Source of the DNA: Candidatus Woesearchaeota archaeon
GTDB taxonomy: Archaea > Nanobdellota > Nanobdellia > Woesearchaeales > UBA9642
Length of the DNA stretch: 64,000 nucleotides
Assembly: GCA_003599145.1 (NCBI GenBank)
Contig: QZIT01000001.1
Span: 3,831 to 67,830, forward strand
Reading direction: 5' to 3'
Part shown: in pieces, positions 17,575 to 28,100 of the stretch
Layout of the letters: every line of letters starts with the position of its first letter
How positions within the stretch are numbered: the first letter of the stretch is position 1
Notes under the pieces: generated by a model
Seen by the model: the letters and a program-made list of their open reading frames with translations, nothing else
What the model was told of the DNA's origin: nothing
Databases searched by the model: none
Made by a program: the position numbers and the translations under genes

Positions 17575-20500
17575 ATGAAAAAAACTCAAAAAACAAGAGT
17601 ACATAGCGTTTTGGATAGTGTTACTGCTCTTCAAAAAAAAAGGAAGCATGTTTACTTTTTTCTTATTGCACTTTCAATCATCTTTTCTGTCGTAGGAATT
17701 TTGCTCATAAAAAACTATCTTGGCTATGCATCATTTGCAGGAGAAGGAGGCAATGTTTATGAGCTGGATATCTATTTTGAACAGGATGCAACGTATTGGG
17801 CAGGCCTTTACGGCGTTGCACTGCGCTTTGACGGATGGAATGTTCCCTGGTCAAAAGTAGTGTACGGCAACAGCATAGACTTGGGTGTTTTTTTGTTTGA
17901 CTGTATGCAAGTCAACTTAGACCATGAGCTTTACGCTTCGCTGGTTAATGCGTCAGAAATTGACTGGTCAACCATACAGGGAGCAAGCCCTGAAGATATC
18001 AATGCCTTTCTTAACCTAAGCGATACTGACGTATATTCTGCACTGAACATGTTTACCAGCGAAATCAATGTCTCCATAGGAAATACGTCATTAATCATCA
18101 ATGCAACATTCACGAATGTCTATAATCAGACCAATGCGACTGTTTATGATGTTGGATTGCTCAAAGACGGCAATGGAACGCTTGTTTTTGTATCTCATAT
18201 AACAGACAACGCGACGTTTTGTTATTATGGGGGTATCTGCAATTATCAAATGCTCTTGCCTATCAGAAACGGAACCAATGAAACCTATCATTTTTTTACA
18301 GACCCGTATGACCAATGCCTTCCGGGAGAAATACCTGTTCCCTTAGAATATACGTTTGTCAACGGAACTGTATCGAACACCGACGGAATGAATATGAGCG
18401 GGGTCTTGGTTGTTATAGGAAATTATGCAACCTACACCGACAGCACAGGATTCTACAATTTTACGCTTCCTATAGGGGATTACCATGTTTTTGCAGTTGC
18501 AGATGGATATAAAACATACCACAACGTTCTCAACCTTACCACTCCTAACGTTACCACAGTGCACAATATACTGTTAAGTATCCAGCTAACGGGAAAAAAC
18601 GACAACCCAGGAAAAAAATCAGAGGACACTCCCAAGGAAAAGCCACAACAGCCTCAAATAGAACAGCCCTCGGTCATCAGAGAGATAGGATTTATCATCT
18701 CTATTGCTGAAATCAACCGAAAAATAAAGCAGGGCAACTTTATTCAGGAATTCATTTCCTTTGTCAGCGTTGTAGAGTATCCCTTAGACCTCTATTTCAC
18801 CATCAGCGGCCCTGTAGCTGAAATAATACAGCTTGATGAAAAGCACTTCACCATCGAAAAGGCACTGAAAAAAACACTCACCATGACCATATTCGGCAAA
18901 GGAGAGCCTAGAGTGCTGACTGGATTTTTGAATATTACAGGAACGTTTCAGCATGAAATTCCCATCACTATTGAAATTATCGATAAAGACATGCTGCCGG
19001 TAGAGGCCTTGCTTATTGACGTTCAGCCATTGAAGAATAAAGTTCTTGAACAGGAGCAGTTCAGGTTCAAAACTAATTTGAAAAACCTATTAATCGATGA
19101 GCAGTACCCCGTAACGATTCATTATTCAATCCAGAATTTAAATGGCTCAACAACCTATTGGACTGCAGAGGAAAATATATACTTACTTACCTCTGCATCT
19201 ATCATCAAATCAGTTAAATTACCAAAAGAAATGAAGCCAGGAGAATACGTACTGAGAGTTACTGCTTATTACCTCGATTTATCAACAAGCGACAGTGCAG
19301 TGTTTATTGTAGAAAGGCCGTTCTATCAGTATAAAATATTTGGCATACCTTTATGGATATACGGATTATTTTTAGTTGTACTCATCGGACTTTGGATACT
19401 TTGGAAAAATTTGAAGAAAGCAATGGATCATGGGAAGAAATACAGAATGGTTCTTGATTACAGCGAAATACCGAAAGACGGCCCTAGAGGATTATACGTA
19501 GGGAACATTGCAGAAACAAAGCGAAAAACGTACTTTGACATGGATAATCTGAAAACCCACACCATCATTGCAGGCTCCACAGGCTCTGGAAAGTCATTTA
19601 CCGCACAGGTTATTGCTGAAGAAGCGCTTGACAAGAATGTTGCCGTCATCATCTTTGATCCGACAGCACAGTGGACAGGCATGCTTCGCAAATGCCAGGA
19701 TAGATCCATCATCAAAACCTATGGCCAATTTGATATGCAGCAGAAAGACATCAAGGCATTCAGCGGCAGCCTTAAAATGGTGACCAATGCCTATGAAGAA
19801 ATCAACATTGCAAAATATACCAAGCCAGGAGAAATTCAGATATTTGTCATGAACAATCTTGAGCCTGAAGACATCGAAATTTTTGTGAGCAATACCGTAA
19901 GGGAAATTTTCAAGGAAAAGCTTACGGAAAGCAAAGAGCTAAAATTGCTTTTGGTTTATGACGAAGTGCACCGGCTGCTGCCTAAATTTGGAGGAACAGG
20001 CATAGGATTTTTGCAGATAGAACGGGCTATTCGAGAGTTTAGAAAGTGGGGTGTCGGGTTGTTGCTTATTTCTCACGTGCTAAACGATTTTGTTGAGCAG
20101 ATACAGGCAAATATCAACACCCAAGTCCAGATGAAAACAAGAGATGAAAGCGATCTTGAAAGAATAAGGATGAAATATGGCCAGAACATTTTCAGGTCAA
20201 TGGTAAAAACAAAAGTAGGAACAGGACTGGTTGAAAATTCAGATTACAACAAAGGAGAGCCTTACTTTGTCGATTTTAGGCCTATCAAACACTCTTTAAC
20301 CAGATTATCAGAAGAGGAAATAAAGAAATACCATAATTACCAGTTAAAGGTTGACCAAATAAGCTATGAAATCGAGCAGCTTGAGGAGCTGAAGCACGAC
20401 GTATTTAACCTTAATTTGACTTTGAAATTGCTTACTAAAAAATTAAAAGAAGGAAATTTCTATGTCGTGGACATTTATCTCGATGAAATTTCTGCAGAAT

Positions 20501-20946
20501 TGGAAAAAGCGTGGCAGTCTTTGAGAAAGAAGCCAAAGAAACTGGAAATAAAGCTGATAGATAAAAAGGAAATTGAGAATGAAATAAAAAAAGCAAGGGC
20601 GGAAAGGGAAACGGCAACGGCTAAACTGGAAAAAAGCAAGCAGCCAAAAATAGAAGATGCGTTTGCAAAAGAAGTCTCTTTGGATAAGGCGCTCAATATG
20701 GACAACGGTGCAACGATTCTGAGCCTGCAGGAATTGCTTGATGTCTTAAAAGGCATAACTCCGTTGGTTTTCAAAAAGCATGTCAATGAAGAGAAGAACG
20801 ACCTTGCAAACTGGGTGAAAAGAAACCTGCAAAACGAAGAGCTTGCAAAAAAACTAGAACCTTGCAAAGCATCAGCTGACATGATTAAAGTTCTAGAGGA
20901 CTATAAAGCAACGGTTTCCTATTTTAAGGATGAGAAGAAAAAATGA
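17575..20946 (+). CDS. Membrane-spanning HerA/FtsK/VirB4-superfamily (DUF87-like) ATPase with large extracellular region and C-terminal DUF5752-like domain
   Basis: N-terminal TM, sequon-rich beta domains, second TM, HTIIAGSTGSGKS, IIFDPT, LLVYDEVHR, REFRKWGVGL, coiled coil, then HVNEEKNDLANWV. Confidence 0.85.
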   Translation: MKKTQKTRVHSVLDSVTALQKKRKHVYFFLIALSIIFSVVGILLIKNYLGYASFAGEGGNVYELDIYFEQDATYWAGLYGVALRFDGWNVPWSKVVYGNSIDLGVFLFDCMQVNLDHELYASLVNASEIDWSTIQGASPEDINAFLNLSDTDVYSALNMFTSEINVSIGNTSLIINATFTNVYNQTNATVYDVGLLKDGNGTLVFVSHITDNATFCYYGGICNYQMLLPIRNGTNETYHFFTDPYDQCLPGEIPVPLEYTFVNGTVSNTDGMNMSGVLVVIGNYATYTDSTGFYNFTLPIGDYHVFAVADGYKTYHNVLNLTTPNVTTVHNILLSIQLTGKNDNPGKKSEDTPKEKPQQPQIEQPSVIREIGFIISIAEINRKIKQGNFIQEFISFVSVVEYPLDLYFTISGPVAEIIQLDEKHFTIEKALKKTLTMTIFGKGEPRVLTGFLNITGTFQHEIPITIEIIDKDMLPVEALLIDVQPLKNKVLEQEQFRFKTNLKNLLIDEQYPVTIHYSIQNLNGSTTYWTAEENIYLLTSASIIKSVKLPKEMKPGEYVLRVTAYYLDLSTSDSAVFIVERPFYQYKIFGIPLWIYGLFLVVLIGLWILWKNLKKAMDHGKKYRMVLDYSEIPKDGPRGLYVGNIAETKRKTYFDMDNLKTHTIIAGSTGSGKSFTAQVIAEEALDKNVAVIIFDPTAQWTGMLRKCQDRSIIKTYGQFDMQQKDIKAFSGSLKMVTNAYEEINIAKYTKPGEIQIFVMNNLEPEDIEIFVSNTVREIFKEKLTESKELKLLLVYDEVHRLLPKFGGTGIGFLQIERAIREFRKWGVGLLLISHVLNDFVEQIQANINTQVQMKTRDESDLERIRMKYGQNIFRSMVKTKVGTGLVENSDYNKGEPYFVDFRPIKHSLTRLSEEEIKKYHNYQLKVDQISYEIEQLEELKHDVFNLNLTLKLLTKKLKEGNFYVVDIYLDEISAELEKAWQSLRKKPKKLEIKLIDKKEIENEIKKARAERETATAKLEKSKQPKIEDAFAKEVSLDKALNMDNGATILSLQELLDVLKGITPLVFKKHVNEEKNDLANWVKRNLQNEELAKKLEPCKASADMIKVLEDYKATVSYFKDEKKK

Positions 20947-21299
20947 AGAAGCAGAAAAAAAGCAGTGGAAAAAGCAAGGAAAAAATCTCTAAAGCAAAAA
21001 GGAAAAAAGAAAAAAATATAAGCGAAAAACAAATACAAGATTGTCAGGAACAATTCATAACTTTAAAAGAAAAAACGACGCTGTTAAGAAAATCAGGAAA
21101 AAATACCTTTACTGCAGATATGCTCTTGAAAGCATTAAAAGCTAAAGTAAGGCTCCTCAAAGCGTATGACACAGAAAAAGAGTTTGCAGAAGTCAAAAAG
21201 CTTTTAAACAAAGCAGCATCTGAAGTCATGGCTATAGAAAAAGAAAAAAATACAGATATTGCAAAAGAGGTGAGGGCTGTACGCAATGAGCCTTTTTAA
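20943..21299 (+). CDS. Lysine-rich helical hypothetical protein
   Basis: 118-aa ORF overlapping both neighbours. Confidence 0.65.
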   Translation: MKKQKKSSGKSKEKISKAKRKKEKNISEKQIQDCQEQFITLKEKTTLLRKSGKNTFTADMLLKALKAKVRLLKAYDTEKEFAEVKKLLNKAASEVMAIEKEKNTDIAKEVRAVRNEPF

Positions 21300-22614
21300 G
21301 AAAAAAGAGGAAGAGGAAAAAGAGGACGAGCCTTTGCAGATTGATGTAAAGGGCGATGCCAATGTTCAGGTGGCAAAACTCTCTGCAAAAGTCGAATCAC
21401 TCTTAGATATCCGAAAAGCATATTCTGAAAAGTTCCAGATGCTCAGCGAGCAGTTTGGAGAATTGCGAGGCATGCTGCTCGACACTTCAAAGCAAGTGCA
21501 GCAGATTGAAATGAAATCAACCAAAGCCATCAGCATGGTTGAAGAAGTAGAGCCTGATAAATTAATGAGCCAAGTGAGAAAACAGGAAGAAAAAAACGAG
21601 CAGTTAAAAGCAAATCTGGAAAGCAACGAATCAGTCATGCATGACATCATGGAGGAGATTAAAAAAATCAGAAACCAGATGTCCTTTTATCGAGGAGTCG
21701 AACAGGTAACCAAATTAAATGACGAAATCAAGAAAGACCTTATCGACATTAAAAAGATACAGACCAATGTCGAGCGCCATTCTGACAAAGTAGAATCAAT
21801 CTTTATTGAACTGCAGAAAAAATACGCAGAGCTTGATGCCTATGCGTCTGTTTTGGATGATGTCAAGAAAACCATGAAGGAAGTGCTCACCAATTTTGAC
21901 AAGCTTTCCCTGCAGATGAAGGAAAAAATTGAAAAAAAAGAGCTCGTGGAGATTTCCAATAAGCTTGACCGTGCGCTTTTGTTGAGCAAGCAGGAAAGAA
22001 TAAAGCAGATTCTTGACCAGCTTGAGATATACCGAAAAGAGTCAAATGCCAGTGCAGAGGGATTGAAATTTTTGAAAGATAAGCTTGACGGAATCGAAAG
22101 CATCTTTAAAACCATGGGCATACAGCAGATGGCCCTACAGGTTAAAAATCTTGATAAGAAAGTAGACTTGATCAATGTCGATGTTACTGCAAACAAGGAA
22201 ATACTTTCAAAGTTAAGCAGGCTGGAGAGTCAATATGAAACCGTAACTAAGGTGCTCAAGCAAAATCAGGAATTACAAAAACAGGTACAGGAAGTTTTGG
22301 GCAAAAAGACACTCTTTAAAACAAAGGAAAAACAGGCAACGGATATTCTTGCGTCTGTGAAGGAAACCTCTGACAAAATCAACAAGGACCTTGCAGAGTT
22401 CAAGTCTTTCAAAAAATCATCTGAAGCAGAAACGACTGCTTTGCGCAATCAAGTAGCCATACTTTCAAAGAAACTCAATGTTGCAGAAGCAAAGAAAGGA
22501 GCCCATCAGCTTATTGATTTAAGAGCCAATCTAGGAGATTTACAGCAATCGTTCAGAAAGAACTCTGGAACGAGAAAGAGTGCTGCACAGCGTTCGAAAA
22601 AGAAAAGGCGGTAA
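21286..22614 (+). CDS. Long coiled-coil protein
   Basis: Heptad-rich over about 400 aa, GAGGTGA SD, N-terminal EKFQMLSEQFGELR motif. Confidence 0.75.
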   Translation: MSLFKKKEEEEKEDEPLQIDVKGDANVQVAKLSAKVESLLDIRKAYSEKFQMLSEQFGELRGMLLDTSKQVQQIEMKSTKAISMVEEVEPDKLMSQVRKQEEKNEQLKANLESNESVMHDIMEEIKKIRNQMSFYRGVEQVTKLNDEIKKDLIDIKKIQTNVERHSDKVESIFIELQKKYAELDAYASVLDDVKKTMKEVLTNFDKLSLQMKEKIEKKELVEISNKLDRALLLSKQERIKQILDQLEIYRKESNASAEGLKFLKDKLDGIESIFKTMGIQQMALQVKNLDKKVDLINVDVTANKEILSKLSRLESQYETVTKVLKQNQELQKQVQEVLGKKTLFKTKEKQATDILASVKETSDKINKDLAEFKSFKKSSEAETTALRNQVAILSKKLNVAEAKKGAHQLIDLRANLGDLQQSFRKNSGTRKSAAQRSKKKRR

Positions 22615-22631
22615 GTGCAGATAACCGCCCA

Positions 22632-24419
22632 TTAGGACTTCCAATAATTCTTCTTCAATAGCGTAAAATCTTCATCAATAAAAAATACCGTTCTTTGTTG
22701 AGTGTATTCAAGCGATGCTTGCATCATCGCACAACTTCGAACATCATAGTACGGAGTATTATATATTTTTTCCTCGCATAGTTTCTCAGCGGACACGGTG
22801 AATGCCATCAACAAAATTATTGAGAAAATAAAAAGGAATTCAAGAAAGAATATTGTTTTTTCATTTGATTTTACCATGGCTATGAATCCAGCAGTGCTAA
22901 AAACCAAGCAAATAACCAAAAGGAAAGGTGTGCTGAAGAAAAATAAAGTGATGAAACCGCAGGCAAAAAGAATAAGCCCACAAATTATTTTTCCCTTCTT
23001 CAATCCAAATAAGGTGAACAGCGTATGAATATTGTTTTGTTTATCTCCTTCAAAATCCTTTGCGTCTTTCATCATTGAACCGAAGGTAAAAAAGATCAGC
23101 GCAAATGCAAGAATATTTATCGGAAACAATATCATGGCAAATTCCTGAAACAAAATTGAGAATCCCGCCATTAAAACAGCAGCATGAGCTAATCCAATGA
23201 GAATGTTGGGGATAAGGAAATACCTTCTTAACCTGAATGGCGGAGCTGAATATATTACTCCATAAACTAGCATAAAGAAAAATATGAATACGGTGATGAC
23301 GTACCCTGCCAGCAGACTAAAAAATAGGGCAATAATAAAGCAGGCAAGGGTAAGCAGTTTGTTTTCTTTTCCTGTTATGAATGCACTTGCCAATGGCCTA
23401 TGAGCATTGCTCACCTTGTCAATATCTCTATCATAATAATCATTTAAGCATACCGCGAAAAGCCAAGCAAAAAAGAGAGCTATCAGCAGGAAGAGCAATG
23501 AAAAGATATTCTGCATGGAAAAACTGCGCGCCATGCTCACGGCGATCAAGAAGCCAATGATACCTAAAAAACTGAAATGAATATGTCTTATAACGCTTAT
23601 GTTCTTATAAAACGCGATACTGATTTTCTTTAAGGAAAAGCGTTCAAGTTCTTTTTTTTCCTTCCTCAATTTTTCTTTTTTTAATAAGAATATCCACAAC
23701 AACACCAACAAAGAAACTAACAAGCCATGGATAATGATCATTGAGCCATCAAAAGGCAACATGATGCCTAACCTTCTTAAGAGAGGAATAAAGCGGGGAG
23801 TAATAAAATAGAAAAAAATAGTTGAGTAAACAATAAGAGGCGCTATAGCGGCTTTCCAAATAGATTTTGTTTTTACAAATACATAAAGTATGCTAAACAT
23901 ACAGGCAAGGAGAATTTCAATTTTAATGCCTATGGTTGCTGGCCCTTGCAAACTAAATAAATTCATAAAAGAGAAATACTGAAAATGAAACTGACCAGAA
24001 ATATAAGCCATAGAGATTCCTTTTCCTGCAGATATAATAAAATCTATAATAGGAGGCAACAGGGTTATTGCCCAAAGAAAGGTAACTGCTTTGGCAACCT
24101 TTAAGAGCCGTTCTTTTGAAAGCAGAGCTATGAAAATGCACAACGTTAGAAAAATAGGTATCCAAAATAGAAAATACTCTATCCGCTGGAATGGAGGATA
24201 GACAGGAAGTAACGGCTGCATGAAATTTTCCAAATAGTCTCGCAAAAGCATTATGGAAAACAACGAAACCACCCATAAGAACAGAGATGCTTTTATTTTT
24301 TCGATAGCGGCTATCCTCTCAGCGCACCACAACATCACTTTCTTTGTTTGCTTGAACAGCAAGGTAACAAGCAAAGGTATGCCTAAAATAAGACTAAAAA
24401 ACAAAAATTCGCTGGCCAT
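22632..24419 (-). CDS. UbiA-family prenyltransferase with extra N-terminal multi-TM domain
   Basis: LNDYYDRDID...HRPL, YSAPPFRLR, KDAKDFEGD. Confidence 0.85.
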   Translation of the reverse strand: MASEFLFFSLILGIPLLVTLLFKQTKKVMLWCAERIAAIEKIKASLFLWVVSLFSIMLLRDYLENFMQPLLPVYPPFQRIEYFLFWIPIFLTLCIFIALLSKERLLKVAKAVTFLWAITLLPPIIDFIISAGKGISMAYISGQFHFQYFSFMNLFSLQGPATIGIKIEILLACMFSILYVFVKTKSIWKAAIAPLIVYSTIFFYFITPRFIPLLRRLGIMLPFDGSMIIIHGLLVSLLVLLWIFLLKKEKLRKEKKELERFSLKKISIAFYKNISVIRHIHFSFLGIIGFLIAVSMARSFSMQNIFSLLFLLIALFFAWLFAVCLNDYYDRDIDKVSNAHRPLASAFITGKENKLLTLACFIIALFFSLLAGYVITVFIFFFMLVYGVIYSAPPFRLRRYFLIPNILIGLAHAAVLMAGFSILFQEFAMILFPINILAFALIFFTFGSMMKDAKDFEGDKQNNIHTLFTLFGLKKGKIICGLILFACGFITLFFFSTPFLLVICLVFSTAGFIAMVKSNEKTIFFLEFLFIFSIILLMAFTVSAEKLCEEKIYNTPYYDVRSCAMMQASLEYTQQRTVFFIDEDFTLLKKNYWKS

Positions 24420-24604
24420 AAACGTATAAGTGCGAAAAAGTATATATACTTTTCTCTTAAAAACAGTATAACCTTAAAAAAGTATAATATTATATTATAA
24501 ATAATATAATTCTAAACTACAGATTTAAGTTCTCAAAAACAGAAACCTTTATAAATCCATTACCCATATAAAGATATAACATTATATTAAAAAAGATATA
24601 ACAA

Positions 24605-25102
24605 ATGATCATTAACGCCATTGATAAAGAGATACTGGCATTCTTAAGTAAACACACGGTTATAGGCTGTTCTATTAACCAGATTGCCCTTGCATTGCAT
24701 AAAGCATATCCCCATATCAACGCAAAGGTTAACGTTTTACTGCAAGAACGCATCTTGAAAAAAAACATTATTGGCAAGTCGCACGTTTGTTTTTTGAATT
24801 TGCGCAACCCCATAACCAGATATGCCTTAGCCATTATTGAAACAGAAAAGGCGCGCGTTTTTCTTAGCAAGCATAGCGAGATTAAAAAAACAATCAAGCA
24901 GGTAATAAAAGAGCATACGCTGCAAACAATTTTTGCATTGCCTGAGAGTGTTTACATGGTTACTGATGAAACTTTTTTTCATAAAAAGATAAAAAACGTA
25001 AGCAAATCTGAATTAGTCCAAATAACTATGAAACATAAAGATATAACCGTACTCTATAAACCTGAAAATTATTATAGTATTTTGAAAAAAACACAAACAT
25101 GA
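24605..25102 (+). CDS. wHTH protein (possibly HTH plus degenerate nucleotidyltransferase)
   Basis: SINQIALALHKAYPHINAKVNVLLQERIL...IGKSHVC. Its stop overlaps the start of the giant gene. Confidence 0.65.
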   Translation: MIINAIDKEILAFLSKHTVIGCSINQIALALHKAYPHINAKVNVLLQERILKKNIIGKSHVCFLNLRNPITRYALAIIETEKARVFLSKHSEIKKTIKQVIKEHTLQTIFALPESVYMVTDETFFHKKIKNVSKSELVQITMKHKDITVLYKPENYYSILKKTQT

Positions 25103-28100
25103 ACGCATTAAAAAGGGTATTACTCGGGTTTTGGTTAATCTTATTAGTTCTTCCACTAACTTCAGGGCTGACGCTTAACACGCACAACCTTATTTTAGGA
25201 GAAACACTGGAAATTAACATAACAGACCAAACAAATAACAGAATAACCATCTCTAACGGCGAAGATATCTATGTCTATCAAGGATCTCCTGAAATTATAA
25301 AATTCGTTCCTAAAAAAACAGGAGATTATAAAATTGCAATGAGTGATGCTCTTACGAACGCCGCAATCGAACAGGAAGAATTCACGGTTTCCTCTGCACC
25401 ATTGCAACCTGAAGTTATACTTTTTGACAAGCCAGCATATACTTCAGGAGATAAAGTCATTATTTCCTTCAACTCAGATCAAGAAGAATTAAAAGTCACC
25501 ATCAGCTCATCAACTGATTTTTACCAGTTTTTAGGAACGGTTCATGAGTCTATAGAATTTGTTCCGAATAAAGCAGACGTCTACACAGTAAATGCATACG
25601 CACAAGATCAAGTAATAGGCACAGCGACGTTTTACGTTGCTACCAAGACAAAACATACAACTGAAACAATTATCGATTACTCTGCGCTCAGTGATAAAGA
25701 CTTAGAAAGACAGCTCAGGGATTTTTTTCCTGCGGTGACCTTTAAAGGGGTTTTGAAAAATGAACAGGGTGCTTTTCCCACATTCGATTTAACCATTGCA
25801 TCAGATGATGCAAAAGCGCAGGCAACATTAAAAGGGGTTAAAGATATTAATCAATTAACGCAGATAGATATCATTAAAGAAGCAAATGCTGATAAGTCGC
25901 AATACAACATTGTTGGAGACATAGTCGCTGTGAACGCTATAGCTTTAGAGTCTGCAACAATACAGCTTTCAAAAGAAGGAGCCGTTACAGGAGTCTTAGA
26001 GTGCGATGATTTTATTTTCGGAACTAATAAATGCAAGAATTGGCAGGTTAGCTCAACGCCGTTTATTGATTACGGAACTTATGTTATTTTTACCGTGCAC
26101 CATTTTAGTGCATACACTATATGGTATAACTTCACAACAAACTTGACAAACCGTGCCTATAAAGGCGCAGACATCACTAACCCGCCTCATGCAAATCCTT
26201 CATCATGGTTCAATGCCAGCACTGCATTAACCAGTGCAGAGTATACAGCAATAAATATAAGCGACGACAACAGAGCCAATGTTTCCTACTTCACTAACGG
26301 AACAGGATGGAACATCCACATGTTTGAGTTCAAGATAAATCAAAGTGCTTCTTTAATCAATTCCATCATGCTTTATTGGGAAGGATATGGCAGCAAAAAC
26401 AATGAAACAGACGCAAACAACAACATTTCCATGTTTCTGTACAACTTTTCACAAAACAATTGGACTGCAAATTTAAATACATCCTGTCTGGCAGGAGCGT
26501 GCAATAGTACCACAAGCGAAAAAAACATTTCATATAACCTTACGACAAGCATCTCTGATTTCATAAACAGTTCAGGATATTTAAGATTTATCATAACAGA
26601 GTATGATAACGTTACTGCTGCAAGCGAAGGGGGAGCAGTATGCGGTAACGGCGTCGTTGAAGGCACTGAAGAATGTGATTACACGTCAACTGATTGTGCA
26701 TCTCCTTCTGCTCAGAAGTGCTCCACTGGAGCTACATGTCCAGACCCTCCTGCTTGTTCTGGAAGAGGGTTATATTTACAATGCCAAACTGATTGCACGT
26801 ACTACTGCGGTAGCTGCATAGCTATATGCCCATTTATCTATTCTTGGGATGGCTCTCAGTATTTCTATGATAACGTTATTTTGCAACAGATAGAAACAAA
26901 AGAAAAGGAAACCTTGCAAATAAAACCGTTTAATTTTCCGTTACTGGTCAACGATTCTTACATAGTGCAGATTAGAGAGTATAAGCCTGAAACAAGCTAT
27001 TTTGACACGTTTTATGTAATTATCAACGACAGCTATGAAAATGAAACCACAACTACAGAAATAAAGCCAGCTTCTGAAACATACAATATCGCTGCGCTTT
27101 TGTACGAAGACGGAGAGTATCTAAAAATAGAATACGGAGAAATCGTCCCTATTGTTTTTAGACCCATTCCTCCTTTAAAGCAAGGTTACAAAAGAGAAGT
27201 ATTTTTTGCCGCAAAAGGATACTATGAATTTTATAATGATTTGGATAAGCAATATTATGACCTCCGCAACGGCATTTGCTACCTGCCTTCGCAAAAGGAA
27301 AAAATACAGGTGGTAAGCACAACCTGCGGTCCTCCTCCAGAAGAAGTAAGAACGGAAATAACAGTCCATAATACGCTCTATACTGACCAGGCAAAAGTTT
27401 TTGTTGCGTATAATAATTCTCCTCCAACACACTCAACTCCCGTTATAACGCCAACAGACCCCCTAACAGAAGAAAACTTTACCTGTTATAACCAATCAAC
27501 AAGTGATATTGATGGAAATACCGTAAGCAATATTTATGCATGGACAGTCAATGGTGCACCGCTAATGCTTCTTTACTTGCCACTTGACAGCAACGTTACC
27601 AATACCACAACAGGAGCAGTTAAAGACTACTCAACCTTAAATAATAACGGAACATTAGGACCAAATACAGAAACTCCACTATGGAACAGTTCAGGAATCA
27701 TAAGAGGGGATTACTATTTTGACGGAGGAGACTACATTAACATAAGTGATCAATCGTATTTCAGCCCGAATGAAACAAGAAACATGACCATTTCTGCTTG
27801 GATTAATATTCCTTCAGGTGCTTCAGCAAGCACAAGTGGAGGATGTGGTGGCACTGGAAGATACTTCCTTACCAAAGCAGGAGCTTCAAACTGGGAATGG
27901 GGATTTGAAAATGACAACAATAATCTTCTATGCTTTTGCCTATGGAGAGCAAGTGATGGCGCAACCTATGGATGTGGTTCATCTTCAAGAACCATGAATG
28001 ATGCCACTTGGCACATGTACACGGCAACTATAAACTACGGGTCCTATATGACTCTTTACGTTGACGGAGTAAACACGACAACAGTGTCATCATTCACAAA

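Noticed and set aside
24420-24600. Very AT-rich spacer with palindrome AAAAGTATATATACTTTT (24436-24453) as a replication origin
   Set aside because: No ORB-like G-string boxes and no cdc6/orc gene nearby. Divergent TATA promoters explain it adequately.
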